A DNA stretch of 63,849 nt, filler included, from Reticulomyxa filosa (taxonomy: Eukaryota; Protista; Foraminifera), in the NCBI GenBank assembly GCA_000512085.1. It is 27 parts of 27 records of this genome, joined end to end, with 100 filler letters (N's around TTAATTAATTAA, not from the genome) between each part and the next. Parts side by side here need not be neighbours in the genome. Positions count along the whole stretch, not along the records: positions 23,644 to 24,848 come from ASPP01022851.1; positions 24,949 to 28,012 come from ASPP01011620.1; positions 28,113 to 30,003 come from ASPP01018211.1; positions 30,104 to 31,270 come from ASPP01043237.1; positions 31,371 to 32,744 come from ASPP01018803.1; positions 32,845 to 34,546 come from ASPP01004657.1; positions 34,647 to 37,919 come from ASPP01018473.1; positions 38,020 to 40,692 come from ASPP01026754.1; 19 more parts are not named here. One strand, given 5' to 3'. The notes beneath the pieces are model-generated. The model did no database searches and was not told the DNA's origin. It saw only the letters and a program-made list of their open reading frames with translations. Every line of letters begins with the position of its first letter. Within the stretch, counting starts at the first letter, position 1. This document shows, one piece after another, positions 24,595-38,204 of the stretch. Both the position numbers and the translations under genes were made by a program.

Positions 24595-24740
24595 TTCAAT
24601 TCTTGTTTAAATAATTTTTTGAAATTTGTAACATCCGTTTCTTTCATATTTTTAAGATTTCCCGCATTCTATTGTCATTTTATTCATTGATAGCAATCGT
24701 TATCACACATGCATTTTTATTGTTTTTGTTTTCCCAAGTA
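24595..24740 (-). pseudogene. Caspase/metacaspase-like N-terminal strand relic
   Basis: KNACVITIAINE*NDN../NLKNMKETDVTNFKKLFKQE resembles the ALVIIIG..Y...L....D...L..LF start of the caspase p20 fold. Contains an in-frame stop and a frameshift. Confidence 0.3.
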
Positions 24741-24990
24741 TTACTGTTCTTTATATTAATCAATTGCAGCTCTACATTTCATTGTTGATTTTTTGGATTT
24801 TGAATGTCTGTAAAAGGAATCCATTGATTATAATTGCTTGATTTGTTTNNNNNNNNNNNNNNNNNNNNNNNNNNNNNNNNNNNNNNNNNNNNTTAATTAA
24901 TTAANNNNNNNNNNNNNNNNNNNNNNNNNNNNNNNNNNNNNNNNNNNNCAACATAATAACAATAACAATAATAATAATAATAATAATAAT

Positions 24991-26790
24991 GTGAGTAACA
25001 ATGAGGAAAAAAAAGAAGAAAAACAAGCTGAACAATACACATGGCTTGGAGGAGATATCGGCTCTTCTTCGAATTCACATCAAACGGATCAATGCATTGC
25101 TCAGACGCAATTGGACAAAGATAAAGATAAAAGAAATTCGGCTCCGATGGACAGCGTCTCGATGGCATACGATATCGAGACGACCACGCTGTCGGAACAC
25201 ACGGACAACATATCCACCACTGCCGTGCATCGTTCCACTCCCATGAAGATCGTCATCGAAAACGAACACAAAGAAACGACCGTGTTCGCCACGGACGAGT
25301 CGAAAAACAGCAACCCGCCGCTTTCTCCCAATCTGTCTTTGAACGACGGCAGCAACGCGACGCAGCATCACAGTCATCATAGCAGTGGCGGCATGGATCC
25401 TTTGCAAGATGACGACAGTCGACCGTTTTTGCAAGTCCCGGCCAAGAAAAGCCATCGCAAGAAAGGTATACTTGCATCAAAGTGCAAACGAATGTTCTTT
25501 TTTATTTTACTGCGCAGCAAAAAAAAAAAAAAAAAAAACATATATGTACACATATGTATATTTATTACTAACTTATATAAAAGTTCGGTATTACAAAACG
25601 TGGAAAGGGCTCGCTCAAAAATCGCATTTTGATAAGGACCGTCCTAGTCACCACTGTTCGTGGGAAGACGAAGCAGACGAGTACATACTGTTTGGGACAG
25701 CTCCATCAACCACTTGGCTCGCGTCGGGTAAAAAATCAGGTGTGAACAGTCCCAATGGCGCCAATCGACAGCAAGGACACGACGCGTCGTCCTCCACTGT
25801 TCCGTGCTGTCCCAAGCGCGAAAAGTCCTATCTGCATGAACGCAGAAGGCTCGAGTGGAAACACTACACCGGACCCAATCCGACCAAAGGCTTGTACGCC
25901 AGAGTTGTTGGCTATGGTTGTGGTTTGCAAGGCGTATCCACAAAAACTGAAAAGTTTTTCTTTAAAAAAAAAAAAAAGGGAGAAGATAAGAAGGGCAAGA
26001 AGAAAGGGGGCCAAAAAAAAAACTCACACAAGTTGGAGGGACATTAAAAAAAAAAAAAAAAAAAGGAAGAAGAAATCGAATGAGACAACAGCACATCGGA
26101 CAGGCAGTAAGTCAAAGATGAATAAAGCGAAAAATAAAGAGAAAGATACAAAATCGTTAGATGCAAATAGCAAATCTTCTTTTGGGGTCAATGATAGAAA
26201 CGGTGGAATCACTGCCAAATCAGAAAAGTTGGATGGTAATATTTATAAATTTTTACTTACTTTGCTTACATTTTTAAAAAAAGTAAGCAAACAAAAATGT
26301 GCCAAGCTTATTTGTATTGCTTTTTTTTTTAAATAATAAAAAAAAAAAAGATGAAGATGAAAGCTTGGCAGAAATGTCCAAAAATTCCAATAGCAATAAT
26401 CACAGCTTGGCGAATTATTTCTCCGCAAATGCGGACAATACTCGTATTCCCAGCTGCGCTTGCACTCGTAAAAAAGATGACACGAACATTTTGTTGTTTT
26501 TGAAGTACTTTGATGTGTATCACCAATCCATGAGTGTGATTGGAAGTACGATAATTTCAAAAGATGCCTCGATTGTCGAAATTACTCAACTGATACGCAA
26601 AATTGCCAATTGGAGTAGTGAACGCGAAGTATTGCTCTGGGAGGAAGAAGATTGCGAAAATGGAAAAATTCAGCCTTTGGAAGAGTACAGTTTTATCAAT
26701 GATTGTCAACTAGTTGATGGTGATATTATCATTTTTCAAGAAAAATCCACTCTGTTGCCATTGATGCATTTACCAGATGCCAAAGTTTTT
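24991..26790 (+). CDS. Multi-exon protein with C-terminal USP7/UBP12-type ubiquitin-like domain, partial
   Basis: ILLFLKYFDVYHQSMSVIG..LIRKIANW..VLLWEEE..QLVDGDIIIFQEK parallels the USP7 Ubl motif (MLFLKMYDP..LILYEEV..ELMDGDIIVFQK). Introns 25934-25978 and 26236-26350 keep the frame. The catalytic domain is not seen. Confidence 0.65.
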
Positions 26791-27325
26791 TAACTCTATT
26801 ATTACTTTAATTTTTTTTTTTTTTAATTGTTGGATATTGTTTGTTATTGGTGAATAGAGCTTCCTTAGTTCCTTGGCAAAACCAAAGTAACAATGCTCCA
26901 TTTATTGTTCTAGCGTTTTTTTTTTTATTATTATTGTATTTAGTTATTCAATCAACATTTTTTTGTCTCTCGTTTTTCATATGTGAGGTAATTTGACCAT
27001 TGGTTGAATTGTACTTACCGAACTCAACCGTTTTAATTGACAATGCCTTTGAAAATGTTGAACATTTGAGCCTTGTGCCTTTCTTCAAAGTTAGCATAAA
27101 TTCCTTTTCTAAAATTTCTTTGGTTTGGATTCTGATAGAAATCTTTTATTCTCTTTTTAATGCTCAGGCCATTGAATAAAAACCAGCATAACTAAGTATA
27201 TTAATTTTTTAGTGCAACTTTTTTTTGGAAATGGTATCTCCGTACGTTTTTTTTTTAGATTTTTTTTTTCTTTCCCGCTTGGGACGTTTTCTCCAATTCG
27301 TTGTTTTTTTGTCGTTAAAAAACAA

Positions 27326-27985
27326 ATGAAGACTGCAAATGAAAAGCAGACAAAATTGTTGGCGGATGAGGGCACTCATCAGCCAGCACGTGAATGTGGC
27401 TGGAAGGGAGCTTTGATGGTTTCCTTCTCATGCGCGGTGATATTCACGATGACATTTATTTTGCAACATGACTCCAAGCCAAAACCACAACCACAACAAC
27501 AAGTTTCACAATTTGGGAGTCTAATTTTTGACGAGGAGTTCAATACCTTCAATTTATCCCGTTGGAAACATGTCATCTCAGCATTTGGAGGTGCTCATAA
27601 AAACAGTCTCTATATATATACGTTGATATGTCTTTTTTTTTTGCCTAAGACTTATGCATCCTCAAAAAAAAAAAAGGTGGAAATTGGGAATTTGAATATT
27701 ACACAAATAATCGATCGAACAGTTATGTGAAAAATGGTACATTGTATTTGAAGCCAACACTGACAAATAATACTTTCACTGCGCCCAACTATTTATTCAG
27801 TGGTGAGTTGAACTTGTGGGGGACCAACCCTGCCGACATTTGCACCACAAACTATGACTATGGATGCTATCGCTCGGGGACAAGCAGCAACCCTATCAAT
27901 CCTGTTCAAAGCGCTCGTATACAAACAACAGAATCCTTTTCATTTACTTATGGCCGAGTTGAAATTCGTGCTCAATTACCACAAG
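27326..27985 (+). CDS. GH16 beta-1,3-glucanase / beta-glucan-recognition-protein-like, N-terminal TM anchor, 3'-partial (intron 27591-27676)
   Basis: LIFDEEFNTFNLSRWKH..GGGNWEFEYYTNNRSNSYVKNGTLYLKPTLT..GCYRSG..INPVQSARIQT..FSFTYGRVEIRAQLPQG is typical of the GH16 beta-GRP/laminarinase group. Confidence 0.9.
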
Positions 27986-30900
27986 GTTCTAATTTTTTTT
28001 TTTTTTTTTTTTNNNNNNNNNNNNNNNNNNNNNNNNNNNNNNNNNNNNNNNNNNNNTTAATTAATTAANNNNNNNNNNNNNNNNNNNNNNNNNNNNNNNN
28101 NNNNNNNNNNNNGGGGGGTACACATTATATAACAGATAGAATATACATATATTTTATAAATTATACATGATAAACATGTATACAACTAATAAGTTTACAC
28201 AAAAAAATAATGAGACATAACCCATGCGTCTGATGAATGTCGCGAATGTTCATATGCATAATTGTTCATTAACAAAATCAGTGCTACGATACACCCGCTT
28301 GGCAGTGTCTCGATGTATTCATTGACATTTGCCTCTGTTTGGTGTTGTGATCCCGGCCAAAGGGTCACATTTTTTCTTTTTTTTTTGTTGTTTGTCACGA
28401 TGTAATGTACACACTTTATTCCTTTTTTTTTTTTAACCTCACACTTCTCCCTACTTTTTTCTTCCTCTCCCTCCTTCCCAGCTCTTTCTCCATCGCAATT
28501 GGAAATTGTTGCTTTTTGGAAACTCTTTAAATGAATAACAAAACAGAAAATAATTCAGTCAAACTGAAAAGTCAGGTTCAAAACAGTTTTGAACAAGTGA
28601 ACGTGGTACGAATCAAACCTCGTCAAAGACGCGGTTTCAGAAGCACTACACAGGGCCATCAACCTCACCATTCTTTTTTGTTGTTGTTGGTCTTTTGTCC
28701 TTTCTATATTTTTTTGATTTTTTTTTTTGGTGCAATTATTGAAATAAATTTTGCTCAATCAAAAAAAGTCCCGAACTCCCAATCCAAAGGACTTTTTAGA
28801 GGAAAGCAGCTTTTGTTTTTTTGAAAAACAATGTGACACTTGACCCAGCTGGTTGGAAAAAAAGACCAAGTCTTGAAAAACAGAAGCACTTCATTTTCAC
28901 GTTTGCAATTGACGCAGAGATCATTTTTTTGCCTCATTTTATCCTCTTGCTTCATTGCGTGTATTATAAAGAAAGAGTTTTTGCACGTTATCCAATACAA
29001 AAATACTAAAGGTTGAAATGTTTAGTTTCGTCCATTTTCATTTAGAATATAATGCTTGAAAAATTTTTTTTTCAAAACAGAAACACGGAGACCAAAAACG
29101 CAAAACAGAGTGACACAAAGATAGATTGCAGAAAGAAAAAAAATATTTTAGGAAAATCGTGCTTTAAGTTAGTTTAGGGAAAAAAGAAAAAGTTCTGCAT
29201 ATTGAACTGCTACAACAATTCATAGAGCAATCCATGTTTCCGCAGAGTACTAAACTGCTTTGTAAAAACAAAAAAAAGAGGAACAAGGTAAGCAAACGAG
29301 AAAAAAAGCTTTATCTTACAAAAAGCTGTGAAGAGAAAGGAAGATAATGATATGGAAATTATGCTAACCTACTTTCTAAGCTAGTAATGAACGCTATACA
29401 TATAAAAAAATTAAGTAATACTGATCGATCCAGTAAACAACGTGCAAAACGTATAGTACACAAGATTTACTGTACGTTTTGGAGATGCAAGTTACTAAGC
29501 ATAAATGAAATTATCTGCAAACAACAAAAATTGCTTATATCCAAGATTGTTACAATCTTTTCAATAGATATTAAGATCTTTAACATACGAGTTAATGTTT
29601 GTTCCATATTACTTGCTGGTATTTACATTGTCATTGGTTCATGAATTTATAATTATCTTTTTTGATGTTAAACATTTAAAACTCGTGAAAGTATGATCAA
29701 TTGCTTTTTTTTTCTGAAAAAATATCATTCGTCCGGAAACACAAAAATTACAACGATCTAAGCAAAGTAAAAATTACATGCGAGAAAGCATGAAAAACTT
29801 AAATATAAGCAAAAAAGAATAAACATATTTTTAACTAATTTTCTTTCAATTTTTATTTGCTTGAATAAAATGTTTAATGATTTTCTTAATGAAAAAATAC
29901 TTGAGTTTGACTAGTATTTTTTTAATATTCGTTGATATGCATTTGTATCTGCCATTGGGTTTACTCGCTCTGAACACCTTTCATGTTGTCATTTCCATTA
30001 TCGNNNNNNNNNNNNNNNNNNNNNNNNNNNNNNNNNNNNNNNNNNNNTTAATTAATTAANNNNNNNNNNNNNNNNNNNNNNNNNNNNNNNNNNNNNNNNN
30101 NNNTTTTTTTTTATTTTTTTATTTTCAAATTTTTTGAATTGAAATGGTTTTTACTTTTGCCAGTTTCAAATTATTTTTTAATTTGAATAGAATTTACTTT
30201 CAATGCTAACTTTTAGTTCAAATAGCATTCTCTCCACAGGAATAGCATCAAATTTTGTAAGATATTTGTTTTTTCTTTATTCCATTGTAGCAACATATTT
30301 TAAATTTTTTCTCTTTTTGATCATCCTTTAGTTAGTAAAATCTTGGGAGGAGATCACAGTTGATTGAAGTAAATTAGGATTTTCTCAACAAAGTAATAAT
30401 TGACATACAAGTATTTGAATTGGATCAAGCAAAATTGTTTGAAGAAGCTGGCCAGAAGGTAAACCTATACCATGCATACTGTATTAACTTGACACACGCT
30501 CCTTGTGACCAATTTCAATTGTGTTTTTTCATTACATCATTTTTAAACCTTGCTTGTTATTTTTGGAAGACTTGTTGCTGTCGAAAGAATTATCACCTTT
30601 GTGATGTACTCTGGTATTGATCTTTATTTGTTGGTTGGATGTGACAGATACTCTAACTTGGATATCTAAATGAAAAAAAACTAGTTTAAGACATAACTGT
30701 GAAATCCAAATTCATTATATATGTATATGTATATTATTGTTGTTATCAATTAATGATAGCAATCTTTTTTTTTTTTAATAACAACTTCTTCACAAATTAA
30801 TATTTCTAAATTATATCTTATGTGTTGTTGATCTTGAAAAATTGGAAAGATAAATAGCTAATTTGTTGGTCATTTGGTGAACTCACTATCTTATATATTT

Positions 30901-31370
30901 GAAAGTGGAAGTAGGAACAATCCAGCATAAAACAGTGGATAAAATTTGTTTCTTCTAATAATTCTTCCAGCCATAGCGTTATCTTTTTTCATTTGTCCTA
31001 TTGCTTTTTTTCTTCATTTGCATTTAAGCATTTCTATCATTTTTCCATTGTTAAGAAATTACATTAAAACTTATTAAATATGTTCCTTATTTTTTCTTTT
31101 TTGTCAATGAAATCATATTTTATTCAAAAACAAATTGAAGATTTTTGTTAAAATTAGAATGACTTTAATATACAAACAACACAATTGTGTGAATGGATAA
31201 TTGGACCATGTTGTGTTCTTAATATTCTCATCATTTTGAATCAAGTTGTTATTTTTAAATTTTCTTTTCANNNNNNNNNNNNNNNNNNNNNNNNNNNNNN
31301 NNNNNNNNNNNNNNTTAATTAATTAANNNNNNNNNNNNNNNNNNNNNNNNNNNNNNNNNNNNNNNNNNNN

Positions 31371-32309
31371 GCGAAAATGTAACACCTCGTATGACGTATT
31401 GGAAGTCGAAACGTACGCTGATATCAATCCTGGAACTAGCCAAAGCAGACGTATACCACTTTTTTGTCGGACGAGAAGCCAGTCAACACGGCTGGTCCTT
31501 GGAAAAGCCGGCTGTCAGAGAAGCTTTTGCGCGTATGGTGGTGACCAACGCCGTTCAAGGACTGAAGCAAATGCACGATAAAGGCTACTTACACTGCGAT
31601 TTGAAGTCGTTGAACCTGCTGCTTTACATCTATCGAAGTCAAACATCAAGGCGTCAAGGAGGAGTTTTTATGAAAGCCAAACTCACCGATTTTGGCCATT
31701 CATCCAAAGGAAAGTACCGTACCGCTGAAGCCACCTTTCGAAATGGTTTTTTTTTTTTTTTATTCTATAAATTATATACACATATGAGCCATATACGTAT
31801 ATACTCGAGAGGTCTACAATAAGTAATAATAATAATAATAATAATGGATAATTATTTACACCATATATGAAATAGGCATGGCTCGCGTTGGTACAGCTGG
31901 ACACGTGGCACCAGAATTGTTTCAAGAAGGGACAGCTTGTGACTACAAAATAGACATTTGGTCATTGGGCATTGTAATGTTCAGTATGCTTGTTCCAGGC
32001 AGATTGCTGTTCGGAGAATACACAGACTTAGAAAATCTGAAAAAAGCCTACGACGCATTGAACAAAATGAACCCCTGGAGCAATCAACAAAGACCAAAGT
32101 GGTGGACTGATTTCGAAAGACTGTCCCCGGAAGCTCGCGACTTGATTTTGTGGATGACACGCTTCAATCCTGAAGAAAGGCCTACCGCGGACCAAATCTT
32201 GAAACATCCGTGGTTCCAAATTTCCATGGGCAATCTCAAGCCAGGACAATACCGACCCAAGTTAAAGTTTGTTGACATGCTGTGTTCTTCTTCCATTGCC
32301 CAAGAATAA
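31371..32309 (+). CDS. Ser/Thr protein kinase, 5'-partial (intron 31746-31875)
   Basis: HCDLKSLN catalytic loop, DFG, GTAGHVAPE, DIWSLG, RPTADQILKHPWF. The phase-1 intron restores the frame. Confidence 0.9.
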
Positions 32310-32844
32310 TTTACTTTACCACTTTTGAAAGAAAGAAGACTGAGTTAGAGATATAAATAGAGAGAGGAAGAATATATTTCAGTCAAGACAGTTCATTACA
32401 GTTTCTTATCTTTCTTTCTTAGTTTTGTCTTGTTTTGTTTGTTCTGATTTGATTTTTTTTTTTTTTCTTTTAAATATTTTTAGGATTTTTTTTTTTCTCA
32501 CTATTTCTCTCCATCAAAATTGTTCAAGTTTTTTTCATAATTTTTTTTCCCCCCTTTGTCTAATTTCGGTGGTATTTGTTCATTTGCACACTCCACAATA
32601 AACACAAATAAATTTACAAAGTTCAAAACTTGGGAAAAAAAAAAAAAAAAAAAAGTACTGTTCTTTTTTTAAATTTCTTTTGCTTGTTTTGTTGTTTGTT
32701 CCCCTCTCCATCTTTACACTCCCTTTTTTTTTTTTTTTTTTTTTNNNNNNNNNNNNNNNNNNNNNNNNNNNNNNNNNNNNNNNNNNNNTTAATTAATTAA
32801 NNNNNNNNNNNNNNNNNNNNNNNNNNNNNNNNNNNNNNNNNNNN

Positions 32845-34445
32845 AATATATAACATTGTTAATATCAAGGACCCCTTCCCAGATCGAATCTCGCTTGCTG
32901 TACATGCGTTTGTGAACAACGAGGTTATCATTTGCATCAGCTTTGTTGTCATCAACAGTGAACATGACGCGATTTGTGTTGTCTTGAGTGCGTTCGTTGT
33001 TAGCGCGCTTTTCCGTGCCGGACGTGGATGCATTGGTGGCGGTTGGGGCTAAAATGTCTTCTAGAGCACTGGTCCCTGCAACCAAAGGTCTGGACGCGAG
33101 CACATTGGCCAGTCCGGGGCGATTGTAAAACACGGCGGAGCTGTTGGGGGAGTGGCGACTGAACGCAATGCTGGTGGCCAACATGGCCAAGTTGCCAAAC
33201 GAAGGCGCGCGAATGCGTTCTTGGTACGACTGGATGCTCGAGAAGCTGCTCACACTGTCGTGATGGCGTGGCAAGTCCTCGTGGCCATCAGGCACGGTCG
33301 ACGTTTTCCTGTGTTTGTTGCCTGCTGTACTTCCACTGTCTGTGTTTGCAATTTGCTCATCAAAATCGACATGGACAAACGCAGTCTCTGAGATCCATCC
33401 GTGTTCATTATATCGGTTGTATGTGTTTCAACATCCGTTCATTCATTTCATTTCATTTATATTTATTTATTTATTTTTTTAAAATTTGATAAGTGTGAAC
33501 TAACATTGTAATCTCCTCCCCCTTTTTTTTTTTTTTTTTTTTCCCTCCCAATAAAGTCAATCATTAAAAAAAAAAAGGGGGACAAAAAGGGGTAGCATAA
33601 AAAAAAAAAAAAAAATTGCACAATGTGCAATATGCCAAAGAACAAAAAGGTAACTTTGAAAAAAAAAAATAAATAATAAATAAATAAATTGCAAACCTGA
33701 CTTTTTGGAATTGTTTGTATTTGTAGAGGCGGTGGCACTGACATTGGTGGACGTGGCGGTAGCAGTGACGTTAGTAGTAGTGGAAGGATTAGACTGCTTC
33801 TGCTTAGGGGACTTGGCGCCACTGCTCTTTTTATGCTTCCCCCCTTTTGGCGATTTTTGGTTGGCGACGGCGGCGGCAGCGGTGACGGCGGCAGAGGCGG
33901 TGTTCATTTGGTTGAACTTGGTCAGTTGAGAGGCAGTCAATGGCTGCGACGATGGTTGCTGATAGGCTTGAATCCTTTGACGCACTGTCACGTCACTTTG
34001 ACGAACGGACTTTTTTCGCGGCGCAAAATATGATATCACTTGCTTGCGGTGGTGGCTGTTTGCTCCAAGATGCGATGGAGACATGCTTTGCTGATGCTGA
34101 TGCTGATGCTGCGTATTGCTTTCAGTCGAAGATGACGTAGATGTTTTCTTTGTTCCATCCGCCAGCGGGGAATTACTTGCTTGCACGCCACCTTTGGCCG
34201 TCTCGGTGCGTGATTGCGGCACTGTTGGAATCACTTGCTCGTTCGTTTCCGTGTCTGGATGCATCACCACGACCTCTTCGTTTTCCAATTCTTGCAACAC
34301 GTCGTCCAACTGATTCAGTGGCACTTCGTCCATCACGCCGTCCGAGTGCATCACAAATGCCGTTGGTGGGGACAATGTCAACACATTCGCCCATTGAGAT
34401 AAAATCGTTTGCTCCGACGATGTCATTGCTTGACTTTTTGAATCT
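32845..34445 (-). CDS. Hypothetical Ser/Thr/Gln-rich protein, internal exons (~34444-33697 and ~33387-32860)
   Basis: Two long GC-richer minus-strand ORFs separated by an AT-homopolymer intron. No domain recognised. Confidence 0.55.
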
Positions 34446-34658
34446 TTTTTTTTTTTTTTTTTGTTCACCCCCCCCCCTTGTCTCCCTTCTTTCTTAGTCT
34501 CTCATCCGTTCGTGTTTATATTATAAAAAAAAAAAAAAAAAAAAAANNNNNNNNNNNNNNNNNNNNNNNNNNNNNNNNNNNNNNNNNNNNTTAATTAATT
34601 AANNNNNNNNNNNNNNNNNNNNNNNNNNNNNNNNNNNNNNNNNNNNAAAAAAAAAAAG

Positions 34659-36909
34659 GTTATCAAAACCTTGGGACGGATGCTGGATTGGAAGGAATAT
34701 ACTCATTGGAAGATTTGAAAAATTTGGGACGGACAAAAAAATGGTGTCCCTATTTTTTGGCTCGGCATTTGATAACAATAGCGAATATCGTCGTGTATAA
34801 CTATCAATATATGTTGGATCCCAAAATTTCCAATTTGGTTAGCAGAGACTTGGCCAAAGACTGCATTGTGGTATTTGACGAAGCTCACAACATTGACAAC
34901 ATTTGCATTGAAGCGCTGAGCGTACGATTGGATCGACGGAGGTTGCACACTGCAATGCAAAACTTAAGTACTTTGAATAATATGGTATTGAACATGGAAC
35001 AAAATGACGTCGACCGACTCAACGATGAGTATAAAGCACTTGTGCAAGGATTGATCAATAGCAATACAAGTGCAAGTACGAATACAAATGTAAATGCGAA
35101 TGCAAGTCAATCTCGACCGTCATTGGGAATTGATATGAGTGCATTCACAGATACCTTATTGGCCAATCCGGTATTGTCTGATGATATATTGCAGCAAGCA
35201 ATTCCAGGGAATATTCGAAAGTCAAAACATTTTTTGAATTTTTTAAAGACATTGATTGAATACTTAAAACAAAAAATGAGTGTGGAAAAAGTGATTCAAG
35301 AAGAGACTCTTACGTTTATTAGTGACTTTCAGAAAACAACTGGTATGCACGAAAATCAATTACTGGCCTTGCGCTTTTGCCATGATCGACTGCACTCCTT
35401 GTTTCGCACACTTATGCTCACCGATTTGGACGTATACACACCTCTGGTTAAAGTCACCACATTGGCTTCCCTAGTGGGTACATACAGCCAAGGCTTCAAG
35501 ATTTTGATTGAACCTTACGACACTCGTACACCCACTATCAAAGATCCTATTTTGCAGCTGTGTTGCTTAGATGCTTCCATTGCCATGCAACCTGTTCTCA
35601 AAAAATTTCGAAATGTCATTATCACTAGTGGTTGCGTTTATTTTTAGATTCAAATCAAAACAAAATATTTTTTTTTTTAAAAAAAAAAAGAGAGGAAACA
35701 ACCCCTTGAAAACACTTTGAGTGTTTTGTATGACTCATCAAAACAAGCACAACAATTTTAAAAAAACATTTTTTAAAATAAAAAAAGGAACGCTGTCGCC
35801 AATGGACTTTTATCCAAAGATCTTAAGATTTGACCCAAAAATTGTTCGCTCATTTGACATGACGTTGTCTCGCCCTTGTATTTGTCCATTGATAATAACC
35901 AAGGGGAATGACCAAATCCCTCTGACTAGTAAGTATGAGTCTCGTCGTGACTTGTCGGTAGTGAAGAATTATGGCGAATTGTTATTTGAAATGGCGCAGG
36001 TGATTCCAGATGGGATCGTGTGTTTTTTCACTAGTTATGCGTATATGGAGGAAATTGTAAGTGAATGGAGCAAGATGGGGATGCTGCAAGAAATAATGAA
36101 AGCAAAGCTTATTTTTATCGAAACAAAAGATATCGTGGAGACTTCGTTGGCACTCAATTCATTCAAAAAAGCCTGTGATTGTGGACGCGGTGCTATTTTT
36201 CTAAGTGTAGCACGAGGCAAGGTCGCTGAAGGAGTCGACTTCGATAGACACTATGGCCGATGTGTCATTCTTTTTGGTATTTTCATTGTTTTTTTTATTC
36301 GCTTGCTCATTTGTTTTGCAAACACATATCCACATCCTCCTTTTTCTTTTTTTGGTGTTGTGTTTATGTACACATAAAAAAAAAAAAGGAATCCCATTTC
36401 AATATTCTTTGTCAAGAGTACTTCGCGCTCGCTTGGATTACTTGAAAGAAAAGTTTGACATTAGTGAGGATAATTTTTTGGCGTTTGATGCTTTGCGACA
36501 GGCGGCACAATGCGTGGGTCGTGTCATTCGTAGCAAATTGGATTACGGACTTATGATTTTTGCAGATTATCGATACACTCGTGCGGACAAACGCAAGAAG
36601 TTGCCGCAATGGATTAGCAACCACTTGCGCTCTGAGTATGCCAGTGTGTCCACAGATGTTGCTGTCGAAATTGCTGCTCAATTTGTTAAAAAAATGGGAC
36701 AACCCCACTCAAAAAAAGATGAAATTGGAAAATCGCTGCTGTCTGAAACTGATTTGCATCAAAAGCTTAAATTACTTTATGCACAAAAACAGCTTCTTCA
36801 CCCGGCAGATACCAATCACAATGACAATGAAATGCTTAAACAGACTACAGACATTAACAAAATTGATATTGACTTTGACACTAATCCACAAAAAATGGAG
36901 ATTGATTAA
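34659..36909 (+). CDS. ERCC2: TFIIH helicase XPD/Rad3, 5'-partial (exons 34659-35630, 35788-36276, 36389-36909)
   Basis: WCPYFLAR, VVFDEAHNIDN (DEAH box), ITSGTLSP, SVARGKVAEGVDFD, RQAAQCVGRVIRSKLDYGLMIFAD, KLPQWI. Both phase-1 introns keep the frame. Confidence 0.96.
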
Positions 36910-38204
36910 TTTTTTTTAACTTGAATCAACTATCTTAATAGCCTATACAATCCTGCAATCTTCGTTACTTTTTTTTTTCAGTATAGAGATGCGGATTGAT
37001 AACTTCAAATTTCAAACAAAGTGTTTTCAAGTTCAACCTCGCCGAAATGAACACTAGCACTTACAAAAACAAAAATAAGAACAATAGAACAATATTTAAC
37101 CACAATCTTTCAAGTAACATATCGTAGTGAGCACTTCATCAAAAAGTGTTCAACTGGTTCTATGCCACACTATTTACAAAATAACTGTCATATTTTTTGA
37201 TTTTATGTAAATACAATCCAACCTTTCCAGTCTTTGCAGATTTGTGTTAAGAAGTTTCAATCATTTATTTATCCAGTGTCGATTGCATGACGCTGTGAAT
37301 GACTTGTTTGATATCATTTATGAATGATACTGTTTTTGTTTCTAGTTTGATTTAAATCAAGCTGTTCTATTTTTGCAGTTCTTATTGCCCTTTTTGCAAT
37401 AATGTCCACTATGTTGTTTAATTGTCAAAATCTTGTTGGAGTTAAGCGAACGAAATTTTGATTGCAACATTTGTATTCCATTCATACATAGAATCCAAAT
37501 TCTTTACAAAGTGAATTTTACAAAATACAAAAAAGTATCAAAACAATTTCGAAGAAATCTTACAAGAAAAACATGTGTTCGTTGCTTTATGAACATTCTT
37601 TTCATTTATCTGGAAATCATCCGCAAATGACTAGATATTTCTGTAAAAACTGCAGAACAATATTGACTTTGATTATGACACTATAATTCAACAAAACAGA
37701 TTTCTTCAGATCGATTTGATTTGCTTGAAAATAATCTTTAAGTAGAATGTATATCACTTCAATAAGATATTTATGTTTTCATTTCAATCTAATTATAATT
37801 GAATATTACTTCTTTTTTTCTGGTTATTTTAATTTTAAGTTTTTCATTAATATAGTAGACTGAAAAAAAAACTGACACACCTAAATGGCACTATATGAAG
37901 AGAATTGATTTTCTCCATGNNNNNNNNNNNNNNNNNNNNNNNNNNNNNNNNNNNNNNNNNNNNTTAATTAATTAANNNNNNNNNNNNNNNNNNNNNNNNN
38001 NNNNNNNNNNNNNNNNNNNTTAAATTCGCTTGGTTTTACAATCGCGCTGTTTATTTGTATTTCATTGTGCAGTGGATACAAATGTTACAAAAAAAATAAA
38101 ATAAAAAATAAAAATAAATAAATAAGCCACTTAGGAGAGTGAAGGAGGGGGGGGGGAGAGAAGGAAACAAACCAAATAAAAATAAAAATAAAATGAAAAT
38201 AAAA

